Shown here one piece after another: positions 25,378-39,369 of a stretch of 64,000 nt of DNA (the first letter of the stretch is position 1; the number at the start of each line of letters is the position of its first letter). Source of the DNA: Octopus vulgaris (Eukaryota); the NCBI GenBank assembly GCA_951406725.2, contig OX597828.1, forward strand, positions 12,772,001 to 12,836,000, in the 5' to 3' direction. A program made the translations under genes and the position numbers. The notes below the pieces were generated by a model, which was not told the origin of the DNA, ran no database searches, and saw only the letters and a list, made by a program, of their open reading frames with translations.

Positions 25378-27532
25378 GGGGAGATAGAGAGAGAGATAGA
25401 TAGATAGACAGATAGACATATATATGTGGGGGAAGTGTTTGTTTGCCCCCCCCCCCCAGCATCGCTTGACAACCGATGCTGGTGTGTTTACGTCTCCGCA
25501 ACTTAGCAGTTCGGCAAAAGAAGCCGATAGAATAAGTACCAGGCTTACAAAGAATAAGTCCTGGGATCGATTGGCTCGATTAAAGGTGGTGCTCCAGCAT
25601 GGCCGCAGCCAAATGACTAAAACAGGTAAAAGAGTAAAAGAGCAAAGAGTGATGTAGTTTACGCATATGCATACAAATTCTATGAAATAGAACCTAGATA
25701 TTTCTTAGCAAATATTTACTGAACACGCATACCACGATGAACAGCATTCCAGCTGCTCAGTGAACGAAATTTCCTATTCATTTTTTCTGGGTCAGTCATT
25801 GTCAGGATAAACACGACAACTGTGCTTAGGTGTGTGCATACGTATGGTCGTGTGTGTGTGGGTAGGGTTTAGTTGTGTGTTTGTGTGTGTGTATATGTTT
25901 GTGTGTTTGTGTGGTTTTGTGTGTACGTGTTGTTGTGTTTCCTTTTTAAGCAAGGCACTTCTGGTCCGACCAATTGAAAACGAGCACCAGCAATAGCAGG
26001 GGTAGAGAAGTGAACCTGTGAGGGACTGGTGTCCTATCCAGCAAGAGAAGCGTTGTTTTGTGCTATCAGTTGTTTAAACATCATAGAACCCGAGATAATT
26101 TCCCATCGAATGGGTATATAGGCCCAGCACAAACGAACATTGTTACAGCATAAATACATACATAGATACATATGTACGTACTTAGGCATATATGCACATA
26201 TGTATGTACATATGTATGTACGCATGCATGCACGTATGTATGCATGCATGTAAGTATGCATGCATGTATGTATGCATGAATGTATGTATGCATGCATGTA
26301 TGTATGCATGAATGTATGTATGCATGCATGTATGTATGCATGCATGTATGCATGCATGTATGTATGCATGTGTGAATGCATGTATGTGTGTGTGCATGTA
26401 TGTAAGAACACATATATATACATATGTATATATGCCTGTATCTATCTATCTATCTATCTATCTACCTATCTGTCTGTCTATGTATATGTGTTGGTATGTA
26501 TGCATATTATATGAATATTAAGCTGAGACTTTTATATACAATGACTCTAAGTATTGTGTTTACTCGCTTGTCAGTCTTATTTAATCAAAATGCAGAAACG
26601 CACAAATTCTCTTGTTTTTCCTTTCTTGTTTTCGTCGATGTTTTTGCAAAGATTATAAATGTGAACCGTTTGTATGTGTGCGCGTGTTTGTGCGTGTGTG
26701 TGTGAGAGAGAGCGCGCGAGAGGGGAAGAGGCCGAAAGAGGGAGAGGGAGAGAAAGGAAGAAACCCGAGGCGCTCCAATACTTTTGCAAACCCGTTTCTA
26801 GAACCTTCTACCCTTCAACCTCGCCTCCGCCTGTGAACTATTCCTGTCCTCCATTGCCAGCCAATCCATCTCTGTCACCTTCCCACAAAGATCCTTCTTG
26901 GGAACGAGAGTCTTTCCTCACATGCTTCCTCTGCTCTGCACAGCACGTCATCCACTATACCCCCTATTCGAAAAATACCTTGCATACTGTATACCGAACT
27001 CGCGTTTTCCGTAAAGAAAAACAATTCATTTTCTCTCTCTGAATTTTTGCTCTCTACGGTCTCAATTCTCTACTCCTTCTTTAATACTTTCCCCGAAACA
27101 CCTTACACATACACACGGCATGTACATACACAATGCACATACGCAACAACCACAACACAAAGACATATATACACTAAATACACGTGAAAATAATATAAAC
27201 ACTCTCATAATTCCGTCCGTCTCCATCTTACACACAAGAGTATGACATACAGAGATACTCCCAACATGAGAAACAAACATACAAGACAAATGCAACGCGC
27301 ACACGCACACACACGAACACAAATACACACACACAAACACAAATACACACACACACAAACACAAATACACACACACACTATAAAACATACACAGATGAAG
27401 GTGTGGCTGTAAGGTAAGACGTTTGCTTTCCAATCACGTGGGCAAGCGACTTCTATAGCCTCGAGCCCAACAAAGCTTTATGAACGAATTTGGTAGATGG
27501 AAACTGAAAGAAGCTTATGTGTATCTGATATG

Positions 27533-27576
<44 letters not shown>

Positions 27577-28119
27577 AGATATGTGTGTATATGGTGTGTG
27601 TGTGTCTTTGTGTCTGTGTTTGTCCCCAGCACTGCTTGACAACTGATGTTGGTTTGTTTACGTCCCTATACATTAGTGGTTCGGCGTAAGAGACCGATAG
27701 AATAAATACCAAGCTTTAAAAAACGTATTGGAATCGATTCATTTGACAAAAGATTATTGAAGACGGTGCCCCAGCATGGCCGCAATCCAGTGACTGAAGC
27801 AAGTAAATGATAAACGATAAAAGACAGGACAGTGAAATCAACGTACACACATGTGCATATAATGTGTGTGTGCGCGCGCCCCTGCGTGCGTCCGTGTGTG
27901 TGTGTTTGTGTCTGTGTTTGTGTTCATCCCTCACTACCGCTTGACAGCCGGTGTTGCTTTGTTTACGTCTCCGTAACTTAGCGGTTCGGCATAAGTGATA
28001 GATAGATAGACTAAATACCATTTAACAGTCACACTCACACTCACTCGCAAAACATACAAATGAATTGACATACAGACAACTATGTCACTATATGCATATA
28101 CGTCGGCACGTATGTGCAT

Positions 28120-28524
28120 ATTTTTTTTATTGCCCACAGGGGGCTAAACATAGAGGGGAAAAACAAAAAGATTAAGTCGATTACACCGACCCCAGTGCGT
28201 AAATGGTACTTAATTATCGACTCCGAAAGGATGAAAGGCAAAGTCGACCTCGGCGGAATTTGAACTCAGAACATAAGACAGACGAAATACCTATTTCTTT
28301 ACTACCCACAAGGGGCTAAACACAGAGAGGACAAACAAGGACAGACAAGCGGATTAAGTCGATTATATCGACCCCAGTGCGTAACTGGTACTTAATTAGT
28401 CGACCCCGAAAGGATGAAAGGCAAAGTCGACCTTGGCGGAAATTGAACTCAGAACGTAACAGCAGACGAAATACCGCTAAGGATTTCTGCCGACGTGCTA
28501 ACGATACTGCCAGCTCACCGCCCT
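28120..28524 (-). mobile_element. SINE family B dimer
   Basis: Reverse complement of family B with two bodies. Confidence 0.88.
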
Positions 28525-29103
28525 AACGACATATTTATTTTTTATTGCCCACAGGGAACAAATAATGTGCGGTGGACTTAATCCGTTGTCCGATTTAATA
28601 TCACCATAGGGCACATTGGAGACCTTTAACGGAAGTCACTGTTTTAAGCATTCGGGCCGCGTTACAGGTGTGAGGATATCTTCGTCCTACTCCTTTTCTT
28701 TCTCTCTTTGCCCCTACTCTCTCACTTCATTCTTCTTCCTCTTCATCCCTCCCTCTCTCCCTCCCTCCAGTCTCGGAGACCCTGTAAAGAGTCATAGACA
28801 CTGCTTCTCCCTTGGATAAAGATAAAGGATAAAAGTCCTTCCCGAGTCATATAAACTCACAGGACCGGTTTCCGTGGCGTATATATTCCTCGCCTGGAAG
28901 GGACGCCTGTCCGTCACAGAATTACTCATTTTGCCAGCTGAGTAGACTGAAGCGACGTCAAATGAAATTTTTTTTGCCTTCTCCCTTGTTTATAACAAAA
29001 AATAAAAATACAATACACAACCACATAAGCGAAAATCTCATACTGCACACAAGAAAAAAACCAATGAAAGAAACACGTAGGAAAGGTCGGAGTCGGCCAG
29101 TAG

Positions 29104-29673
29104 GGTGTCGAGGCCTTCCTCGCGGATGGCCTTGAAAACGATGGAGATAAACACCTGTCAACGAGGTGGTTACGCGCAGAACAATCCCACACGCTAACGA
29201 ATACCCTATTTGTAATACAAACATGTGCCCTGTGTATATACGTAGTATACCAGATACGGTGCTCCAAATATTACAACTATTACATCGGTGGTAGCACAGT
29301 CCGACCACGCCACGTCCGACTGAAGGAACGTCTCAATTCTGACGCTTCTTCCTTCCGCAAATTCATAACCAAATGCAGCAACACTACCAAAGAGATAGAT
29401 GCCTTCATACAAGCCCCAGAGAGGAACACAGGAAATCTTCGTATCAAGGAGGCTATATTGAGGCATCGCCTCAACCTGAAAAAATCGATAGTCGATCGGA
29501 GACGAGTCGGCGACTACGACGAACATCCTGACATACGCCATCAACACCATCTTCCACCACCACCACGTGAAAACACGTCGCAACGACCACGGCCAACAGT
29601 TGTAGAGTTGGTAGCACCAACAGTTGGAGAGGCGTTGTTGCTGCTAATCCAAACGCCGAGCCGTTTAAAATAA
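29104..29673 (+). pseudogene. Penelope-like element remnant encoding a GIY-YIG endonuclease domain
   Basis: Stop-free frame 29104-29673 without ATG reads VVYQIRCSKYYNYYIGGSTVRPRHVRLKERL...NLRIKEAIL (VVY at 29242, YIG at 29281). This fits the Penelope pattern VVY.I.C..C...YIG.T.R....R..EH...EA..I, with conserved Cys/His lost. Confidence 0.8.
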
Positions 29674-29782
29674 CAAAATCTGTGTAAATCCACATATCTT
29701 TTTACTTTGCGCTCGAAATATAAAGGGGAGTTTTTGTAAGACTTCCTGCATTGTTCGAAGATTTCCTTATTTCTCTTTTCTT

Positions 29783-29830
<48 letters not shown>

Positions 29831-29931
29831 ACATTTTTTTCTGTTTCATTATTGCCTGTTTCTCTTTTCTTGCGTTTCCCGAACAAAACCTTATCTATTT
29901 TCCAAGTAAAGGTTAACACATTTATACACAT

Positions 29932-29967
<36 letters not shown>

Positions 29968-30332
29968 GCACACACACACACACACACATGTGCGTATATG
30001 TATGCTCATACATCAAGGTATATATTAATATGCGGCTGAATGTTCTACTATCTCCTTGCCTTGACGTCGTTTTCAGCGAGTGTCGTTGTCATGCGAAAAA
30101 TGTTCTTCATTTCCAGTTTTCCATGTAATGATGTCTGGGCATAGTACAATATTATCTATTGCCTTACTTGGAAGCAGGTGAGGATTGACGATGGGGTCGG
30201 CATCCGGTTAGGTTATTCAAAATCTGTCTGATCCATTCGAGCATGGAAAAGAATGCATGTGCCAATATGGAGGACAATATTTTCAACGGAGACGTTGCAA
30301 CCGTATCTGATTGTTCAAGTGCTTCAATTCTC

Positions 30333-30364
<32 letters not shown>

Positions 30365-31117
30365 TGTATGTGTGTGTGTGCGTGTGTGTGTGTGTGTACA
30401 TATTACATGGATGATAATATTTTCAGCCGATACGTTACAACTGTTACTGACCGTTCAAGTGCTTCAGTTTTGCGTATGAATATATATTTACTTGAATGCT
30501 GACATTTATTAATGGTTTCCCCATTGTTTTGATGTTTCATTTTCTAACGCTAATAAAACTGTCGGCATTTTCGACGACACGGGTATACTAGTACATATAG
30601 CATACATCTTTTGAGACTGTGGATCTCGAAATACATAAATATATTTATATATAATAGCATGTAAATATTGAGTTGAAAGCCCCTTTTGCATAGATAAGAC
30701 GGGTGTTCTACCATTGAACTAAAACAATTTTTCGAATTTGTCCATTGATAGAAAATGCAGGGTAAAATATACCCTGGCAAGAAACACACAGCAGACACCA
30801 CAGTCAAGCTATCTATTCCTAGATTGCTGAAACAAGCCTCATTTCAACCGTCAAATATTTGAAATGTATTCTTTTATTCTTTTATTCTTTGATTTGTTTG
30901 TTATTAGACTGCAGCCATGCTAGGGTACCGCTTTGAGGGGTTTTGTTTCGAACAAATCGACCCCCCCCCCCCAGGACTTATTGTTTTAAGACTAGTACTT
31001 ATCTTATCGATCTCTTTTACCGAACCGCTATGTTACGAGGACGTAAACACACCAACCCCGGTTGTCAAGCGATGATGGGGGTGGGGGACAAACACAGATA
31101 CAAAAACACGCACACAC

Positions 31118-31203
<86 letters not shown>

Positions 31204-31303
31204 GGATGGAGGAAGGGAAGGAGGGTAGGGATGGACGGAAGGACGGGCAGACAGACAGACAGACAGATAGAGAGATAGGTATGTATGTATGTATATATAT
31301 ATG

Positions 31304-31366
<63 letters not shown>

Positions 31367-33045
31367 CATCATATTTTGCTTGTATATTAGATTATGTTAT
31401 TATATGCTTTTATGCAACTATTGAGGTCTTTCGTATAAGAAAATATATCGACAGAAAATTTATGATCACACACATATATATATATACATACATAGTAGTA
31501 TGCTTAATAACGTATACTTTCAACATATGTTATTGAAAATAGGACTACGCTTCAGCTTGTCAATTTATTATTTATCATTTTTCCATTTTTTGAGCAATAA
31601 TGTCCGCAAATCCATTTACATTTACGAAAATAAATGTATTTTCCACTTCAATATATAAAGATAGCTTAGATAAAATTTCAAACGGCTCAGCATCTCCATT
31701 TTTTAGATTCTAATGTAGGGATAAGGGACAGAATATATCATACTAGTATACGATAAAAATACTGATAAATACCGACACATGAATGGAGATTGTAAATGTC
31801 CGTATAGATATAACACATCACTTATAAAATCCCTCCCTGTAACAGCCTCAGATCCACTTTCATAAAAAAAAATGGAAAAAATATCACAAAAACAAATTAA
31901 CATAATAAATCAAATTGATAGTCAATAAGGGGTATACAAATAATTTAGTAGACTAAACAGTACAATAATACACAAAAACTGTGAATTCATAAACAGAATA
32001 CCGTGTGATAAAAAAGAAATGCCGTACATAAAATATATTACAAGCATCAAATGCACCCTGGCTATAGAAGAGATGAACGCGCTATCAAAACAATACATCA
32101 AATAGAAAAACAACATGCATTAGATGAAATCATAAACTAGAATCAATATATTATATATTACACTGTACAAAGCAAATCTAGATGGAAAAACATTAATTCA
32201 TAACACATCTATAGTACTTCCATCCAGTGGCAAAAATGTAGTTGATAATATAGAAAGAAAAGCCTTTCCTTTTTTCGTTTATAAAATAACTTATCTACTG
32301 AAAGAAATATATTGGTCGTGAAAGCTTATATTAATAGAAAATACAGAAAATACAGAGTAAAATATATTGCAGTCCATTGCAGGAAACAAACAGCGGACAC
32401 TATAGCCAAGTTATTTATTTGTAGATTGCTGGAATAAGTTTATTGTCAACTGTCAAAAATATTTGAAATCTATAAAAGAGCAAATCGTTCATAACAGTCC
32501 TTATTAAACTCAGAGGCTTTGATGGGGTCCCTCGGTCAAACTTGTACAGTTAGCGGTCAAAACTCGCTGTTATGTCACTCCATCATCTTAAAAGAGCGGA
32601 TATATTGCATAATGTGGTTCTAGAAACGTGTAACTGAAAAATAGGGACGTGGCGGAACCGGACGGCCACGGCTGGAAAGCCTTTAATTATACACCTGCAC
32701 GATAGGGCTAACATATCATAAAACATCGACAAAAATCCACCAGGATTACTCCATCCCGGAGATAAGTCTAGAAATATCGACGATGAACCTCGGACATGTA
32801 TTATTTCAGATATAAAATAAAAAGCTTGTGTGTGCTATTGACGTCAAAAACTTTTAGAAATTTTCAAGAGAACGTTATGTAATTCTTCGCTGGGGAGGCA
32901 GTGGATATTGAAGCGTTATGTGCTTCGAGATCCACTGTTCCAAATAGCTCTAACAGTTCAAATACTAAAAAGTAAGCATACTCAATTTGATTTATACCAA
33001 ATAATTTAGGAAAATTAATAGGTTGTTTTCCTTAGCTATATATAA

Positions 33046-33297
33046 GGATCCCTTCCAGGGGCGAATGGTTTATTTCCCTTGGGTTTTAAAATAAAATAGA
33101 TATATATATAAGGTTCCCTTCCAGGAGCCCTATTATCGATTTTGTTTTCAACAATCTGAGTATGCCATGAGGTTTCCAGACATGTGTTCTACTCACGTGT
33201 CACGTTTCATCAAAATCGATAAAACGATGTAGGAGGAGTTAGCTAACAACTCCACAAACACACCCACAGACAGAATTTCCTACATATGTAGTAGATA
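33046..33297 (+). mobile_element. Possible non-autonomous Helitron/Helentron-type (Lep1/HINE-like) 3' remnant
   Basis: TTTCATCAAAATCG...GGAGGAGTT...ACAGACAGA...TAGTAGAT arrangement recalls that class; recognised from memory only. Confidence 0.4.
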
Positions 33298-33324
33298 TAT
33301 TTATATCTACATATATACATATAC

Positions 33325-33371
<47 letters not shown>

Positions 33372-34741
33372 ACCAACGTGTGTGTCACTGCATTGACAAG
33401 ATAATTTATAAACACCACTGGCTTTCAGATATAGTCTGCTGCTGTCCTGTCATTCGTTCTAGATGAGATCACAAATCAGCCTGCCTGAAGTGAAGTTATG
33501 AACTACGAAGCGCTAATAGATTAAGCATTAAGACTTAAAACTAGGAAAGCTTCCAGTCAACAATTATTTTTATTTTAATACGTTATTTTCTCGCTGTGCT
33601 ATACTTGCTTGTCTTTATGATTAGACTATCCGTATAAACGTCACGTATGTAACACTTAAACTGCCCCGACCTTTTTACCAGCATTATATACGTGTTGCAT
33701 GAGAGAAAACAGCACATTATAAATACACTCGTACGCACACATAAAAGACACATGTATACAGATAAATTTACGAGTATATATACTCACACAGCTGTATCTG
33801 CACCTATAAAAAAATAATCAGTAAGATTGAAGAGAAAGAAGAAAAAGGAAAAGGTGAAATAAAATCGAGCAATGTTATAGAAATAGACAGAAATAGTTTA
33901 ACATGTATGCAGTTCGTTTCATTTTTGTATGCAAGGCAAAACTAGTGAACTCCAGTTCGAATCTGTGTTACGTAAATTTTCCAATATTGATCTGCTATTA
34001 CCTGCAGGTTGATCACCAATGTAAAGTTACTTCGTTCGATGATTTATCTTTTATTTTTTTAGTTGTTAGAAGCGGCCATGCTGGGGCACAGTCGTGAGGG
34101 AGTATATTAGTGGAACTAACTGACTCTAGAACCAGGCTGGTACTTACCGGTATAAGTACCAGCCTGGTCTGGTACTTATACGATCGGCCTCTTTTGCCGA
34201 ACCGCTAAGTTACGGGGATGTAAACAAACGAGCACCATCCATCAAGAGGAAGTGGGGAACAAACACAGACACAAAGATACATACGCACACATAGATGTAT
34301 ATATATACGTTGAGCTTCTTTCACTTTGCGTCTACCAAATCCACTCACAAGGCTTTGGTCGACCAGAGGCTATAGTAGAAGGCGCTTGTGCAAGGTGTCA
34401 TGCAGTGGGACTGAAACCGGAACTATATGGTTGGAAATCATACTTCTTACCACACCGCCATGCCAGCGCCTTTTTCCCATGATGTTCAGTCACGAAGTAC
34501 AAACTAGGATGTTGTTCGTAAACTTGTGTGCGTATTTGTATTAATATTCTTTCTACTAAAGGTTCAAGGCCCGAAATTTTGGCGTGAGGGTTGATTACAT
34601 CGACCCCACAGTTCAGCTAGTACTCATTTTATTGACCCTAAGAGGATGAAACGCGAAATCAACCTCGGCGGAATGTGAACCCAGAACGTAAAAACCGACG
34701 AAATGACGCTAAACCTTTTGGCCGATACGCTAACGATTCTA

Positions 34742-35524
34742 ATTTCTTTATTGCCCACAAGGGGCTAAATATAGAGGGAACAAACAAGGACAGACAAACG
34801 GATTAAGTCGATTATATCGACCCCAGTGCGTAACTGGTACTTAATTTATCGACCCCGAAAGGATTAAAGGCAAAGTCGACCTCGGCGGAATTTGAACTCA
34901 GAGCGTAACGGCAGACGAAATACTTATTTCTTTACTACCCACAAGGGGCTAAACACAGAGGAGACAAACAAGGACAGACAAACAGATTAAGTCGATTATA
35001 TCGACCCCAGTGCGTAACTGGTACTTATTTAATCGACCCCGAAAGAATGAATGACAAAGTCGACCTTAGCGGAATTTGAACTCAGAACGTAACGGCAGAC
35101 GAAATACCTATTTCTTTATTACCCACAAGGGGCTAAACATAGAGGGGACAAACAAGGACAGACATAGGTATTAAGTCGATTACATCGACCCCAGTACGTA
35201 ACTGGTACTTATTTAATCGACCCTGAAAGAATGAATGACAAAGTCGACTTTAGCGGAATTTGAACTCAGAACGTAATGACAGACGAAATACCTATTTCTT
35301 TATTACCCACAGGGGGCTAAACACAGAGGGGACAAACAAGGACAGACATAGGTATTAAGTCGATTACATCGACCCCAGTACGTAACTGGTACTTATTTAA
35401 TCGACCCTGAAAGAATGAATGACAAAGTCGACCTTAGCGGAATTTGAACTCAGAACGTAATGGCAGACGAAATACCGCTAAGCATTTCGCCTGGCACGCT
35501 AACGTGTCTGCCAGCTCGCCGCCT
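34742..35524 (-). mobile_element. SINE family B: one head followed by four tandem ~184-bp bodies
   Basis: ATTTCTTTA..CCCACA.GGGGCTAAA recurs at ~34742, 34926, 35111 and 35294; a single head at ~35480-35524. Confidence 0.92.
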
Positions 35525-36701
35525 TTTACGTGTGAACGTATATCATGAATAAATATCTCTATCCAACGCAGAATAAATTTTTTTTCTTCATATTATGAAA
35601 TATATTCTACTGTTCCAGCTTTTTTTTCGCTAGTTCTTTCAAATTCTTAGTGTTTTATAAACATATGTAGACAATATAAATATGGTCTACATTCATTTCT
35701 TGTGTCTGTATAGATTACATATATGGAATTTTATATATTAGGTTTGTGTTACTTGGTTGTCTAAAATAAATAAGAAGGACGGATTTATTCGTAACATAAA
35801 GCACCATTGAAATATGTGAACAAAAAAGAAAACTGGATTTGTCTGACAGGTTTAGAAGTAAGATTTAGAGATGTTGAAATAGTAAGCAAAAACAAAATAA
35901 CATTTGAGTAAATAACGAAACCGTCTTATAACTGTACATATGTGTGTATGTGTGTGTATATGTGTGTGTGTGTATCTGTGTGTCTACGTATGTTTATGTA
36001 TGTGTGTGTATGTGTTTTTTTGTGTGTGCATGTGTGTATGCATATGCATTGAATACCTGAATACATAAATTCTTTTAATATTTCAATACTCGAAGGCGGC
36101 GAACCATCAAAGTCGTTCGCACGCCGGACGAACGTCCGTCTTTACGTCCTGAGTTCAAATACCGCCTAGGTCGACTTTATGTTTCATCCTTTCGGGTTCG
36201 ACAAAATAAGTACCAGTTGAACACTAGGGTCGGCGTAATCGGCTCATCTCTTCCCCCAACATTTCTGGCCTTGTGCCAAAATTTGAAGCCAATATTTTAA
36301 GATTCAAAGGCGGTGAGCTGCCCGAATCGTTACCGCACCGGATAGCATTTCTTCCGGCTTTACATTCTGAATTCAAATGTCACCGGGGTCGACTTTACCT
36401 TTCGTCCTTTCGGGGTCGACAAAAGAAGCACCAGTTGAACATTGGGGTCGATATAATTGACTTATTTCTTCCCCTAATATTGCAGGCCTTGTGTCAGAAT
36501 TTGAATCCAGTATTGTAATATTCTCGTTTTGAGTTGTTTTTTATTAAGTTAGACAAATGTGAGTTCCATCAAACGTGAATATGTTTCAATCAGCGGTCAA
36601 CCATTTTGATTTCGACCAATAATACAAACCTGTTTCAAATGTGTCCACATTTCATGAAACTCAGTAGTTTCTGATTCCGACTGACTGAATTAGATGACAC
36701 A

Positions 36702-36749
<48 letters not shown>

Positions 36750-36799
36750 ATATATATATATGTATACACACACACACACATGTATATATATGTATATAC

Positions 36800-36852
<53 letters not shown>

Positions 36853-38019
36853 AGCATGTTTTCTTCCATTCATTACCATTAACTTATGTATGTGAGCGTG
36901 TGTGCGCGTATGTAAATGTATATATTTATGTACGTGCGCATGTGTGTGTGTGTGTGTGTGTGTGTGGATGGATGGATGGATGGACGGACGGACCGACCGA
37001 CCGACCGACCGACCGACGGACGGACGGACGGACGGATGGATGGATGGGTAGATGGATGGATGGATGGAAACGAAAGAGTGAACAAAACGATGGTAAATGG
37101 CACTGAACGCATTTAGCTGGAGTTAAATGTATTTAACAACAGCCTCACTCAGTTCCACATTACTGAAACTATCGTGAGCGTCGGACTCATTCACATCAGA
37201 TGTTTGAAGACAGAGTTGATAGAATTTGAAAGGAATTTTAAATGACTTCTAGCCATGTAAGCTTTCACTTGTTAGTTCAATTCAGGTGGTTGCTTTTGCT
37301 ACCATAGCGACATCAGTTATTTTAGGAGGTCTCTTTGATTGGTGCGGACAAGTTGTTGACGTTACTTTGTCGGCTGCAGAATGATATATAAACCAGCGAT
37401 ATCGGTTCCTTGTAATTGCATTTTAGTGAGAACAGTTATTACATGAAAAGCTTGATGGTAATCAGGTTATGAATGAGTTCAAGCGACCAACATGAGTAGA
37501 TTATAGTCTTTACCGGCAACAGGAATTGTAAACCCTGTCATTGTGTATGGGTCAGCTCGGCATAAGGCGACCTTTCCAGATTATAAGAAAGTCAAAGTCT
37601 TGAAATTAGGGAGTACCTCTGGTGGCAACAATAAGATAGGTCATTTTTTTTTTTATCTATTGATGAATACTATGGTTGATGGAGTACGCACAGTTTCTCA
37701 CGGGAGAAGACACTTGACCAGGGTGCCACGCAGTGGGACTGAATCCGGAACCATATGGTTGGTAAGCAAGCTACTTACCATACAGCCACTCCTGCTATGT
37801 TTGATATTCTATCATTTATATATAAAGCATCACGATTTAGGAACTTAAATTGTCTTTTAAAAAACTTAGTATGCCGTGTATTGTACAAAACAACATAAAG
37901 GAACTCAGCTCGAGCGTCTTGAGTTGGACAAGCTTGCCATGATGCGTGAATCAGTTACTTCTTTTAGCATATCTAACTCCAGTACAAGGTCTAGTGCTTT
38001 CTGTGGTGTGTTGGCATGT

Positions 38020-38325
38020 GTGCGTCATTGACCCTGAGAGCTATGCCCATGGAGTGCCGGCTTCTGATATAGCCTCCCATACTGGACAGGTCGAAGGATA
38101 GAGGCCAGGCCTATATGGATATGGACCTCCTCTTGCTAGAGGTAAAAATTGGTTTGCGTAGAGCCGATAACTCTAACTAGAAAAAAGCATAGTTATTACT
38201 CAAAACCCCCTAGATCTGGGCGAGGTCTTCCATAAAAAAAAACAGCTCAGAGTCGAGAACTGTGGAGAAAACTCGTCGACGGCTAATGCTCCATATGGAG
38301 CGAAAGGTTTAAATAAGTTAGTAAA
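38020..38325 (+). mobile_element. RTE-clade non-autonomous derivative (5' UTR-like part joined to 3' end)
   Basis: GACCCTGAGAGCTATGCC...CTCCCATACTGGACAGGTCGAAGGATAGAGGCCAG resembles RTE 5' UTRs. The end translates AQSRELWRKLVDG*CSIWSERFK, the typical RTE terminus. Confidence 0.6.
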
Positions 38326-38940
38326 GTTTTGCAGATTTAGCTATCACTTAAAAACTTTCCTTAATTGTCTAATACTTTATTTAGTTGACACTTGTAAAGA
38401 TGTAAAAACAAAGTCGACAGTAGCTGGATTTGAACTAAGAACGTTAAAAAAACATTGTGGGGAAGTGAAATACAGAGTGATATTTCCTCCATCGTTCAAA
38501 CTGATTCTGTCGACCCAACGCCTTTAGTTAGCAGAGTCAGCAAAATAATCCACAGGAGTATTTCTATGACCATCTAAACGTTCGCTACTTCAACCAGATG
38601 CAGTGAAAGATTATACTACAATCGACCTATAAAGGTCAAATATTTTATATTGATGGAATGATAACAGGCAGTTAAAAACACAAGAGTTATTTAATTTGAA
38701 ACATAATTGCTTTTTTCGCGGTGTTTGCATGTTATGTATATATAATTATTGATTATTTTCTTAATCAATGTACTGTAACTACAATAATGAGATCTCATTT
38801 TCAGGATGGGTCATATATTTGTTATAGGGGCCGGACAGAATCGATTAAATCGACATTATTAGTACTTATTTTTATCGTCCCTGGGGGAATTTTATAGTCA
38901 TTTTAGTGAGGATTAAAAAGAAATACGTAGTAAAAAAACT

Positions 38941-39369
38941 GGATCTTTTCGGTTTGAACGGCAGTTTTTAACATAATTTCTAGGTAACTAAAAAATTTTA
39001 AACTTCGTATACTGGTACAATGTGTTTATAAAACATCTTTTTCTCTTGGCTTTATTGAGAAAATTCTATAGTTTGTAAGATATTTGTTGTTGTTTTTTCT
39101 TCAATTTCTGCAATTTCAACCAATCGATGACGTCCATTGAGGTAATAAACATTCTGTGCCGTATGAATATGTCCCTCGTTTAAGAAACAGATTGGGTTTT
39201 TTTACATTTGTGAAGAAAAAAAAGAAACCGTTCCCCCCACCCCTAACCCTAACTAACCCTAACCCTAAAAGAGATTGAAATGCAATAGATCGATACTAGG
39301 GTCATAATTATGGGTGACAATTTCATATGACACCGCTACAAAAAACTGCCGTTCAAACCGAAAAGATCC
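38941..39369. mobile_element. MITE with 29-bp perfect TIRs, 7-bp TSD and internal telomere-like repeats
   Basis: GGATCTTTTCGGTTTGAACGGCAGTTTTT at the left and its reverse complement at the right; AAAAACT on both flanks; CCCTAACCCTAACTAACCCTAACCCTAA at 39241-39268. Confidence 0.92.
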
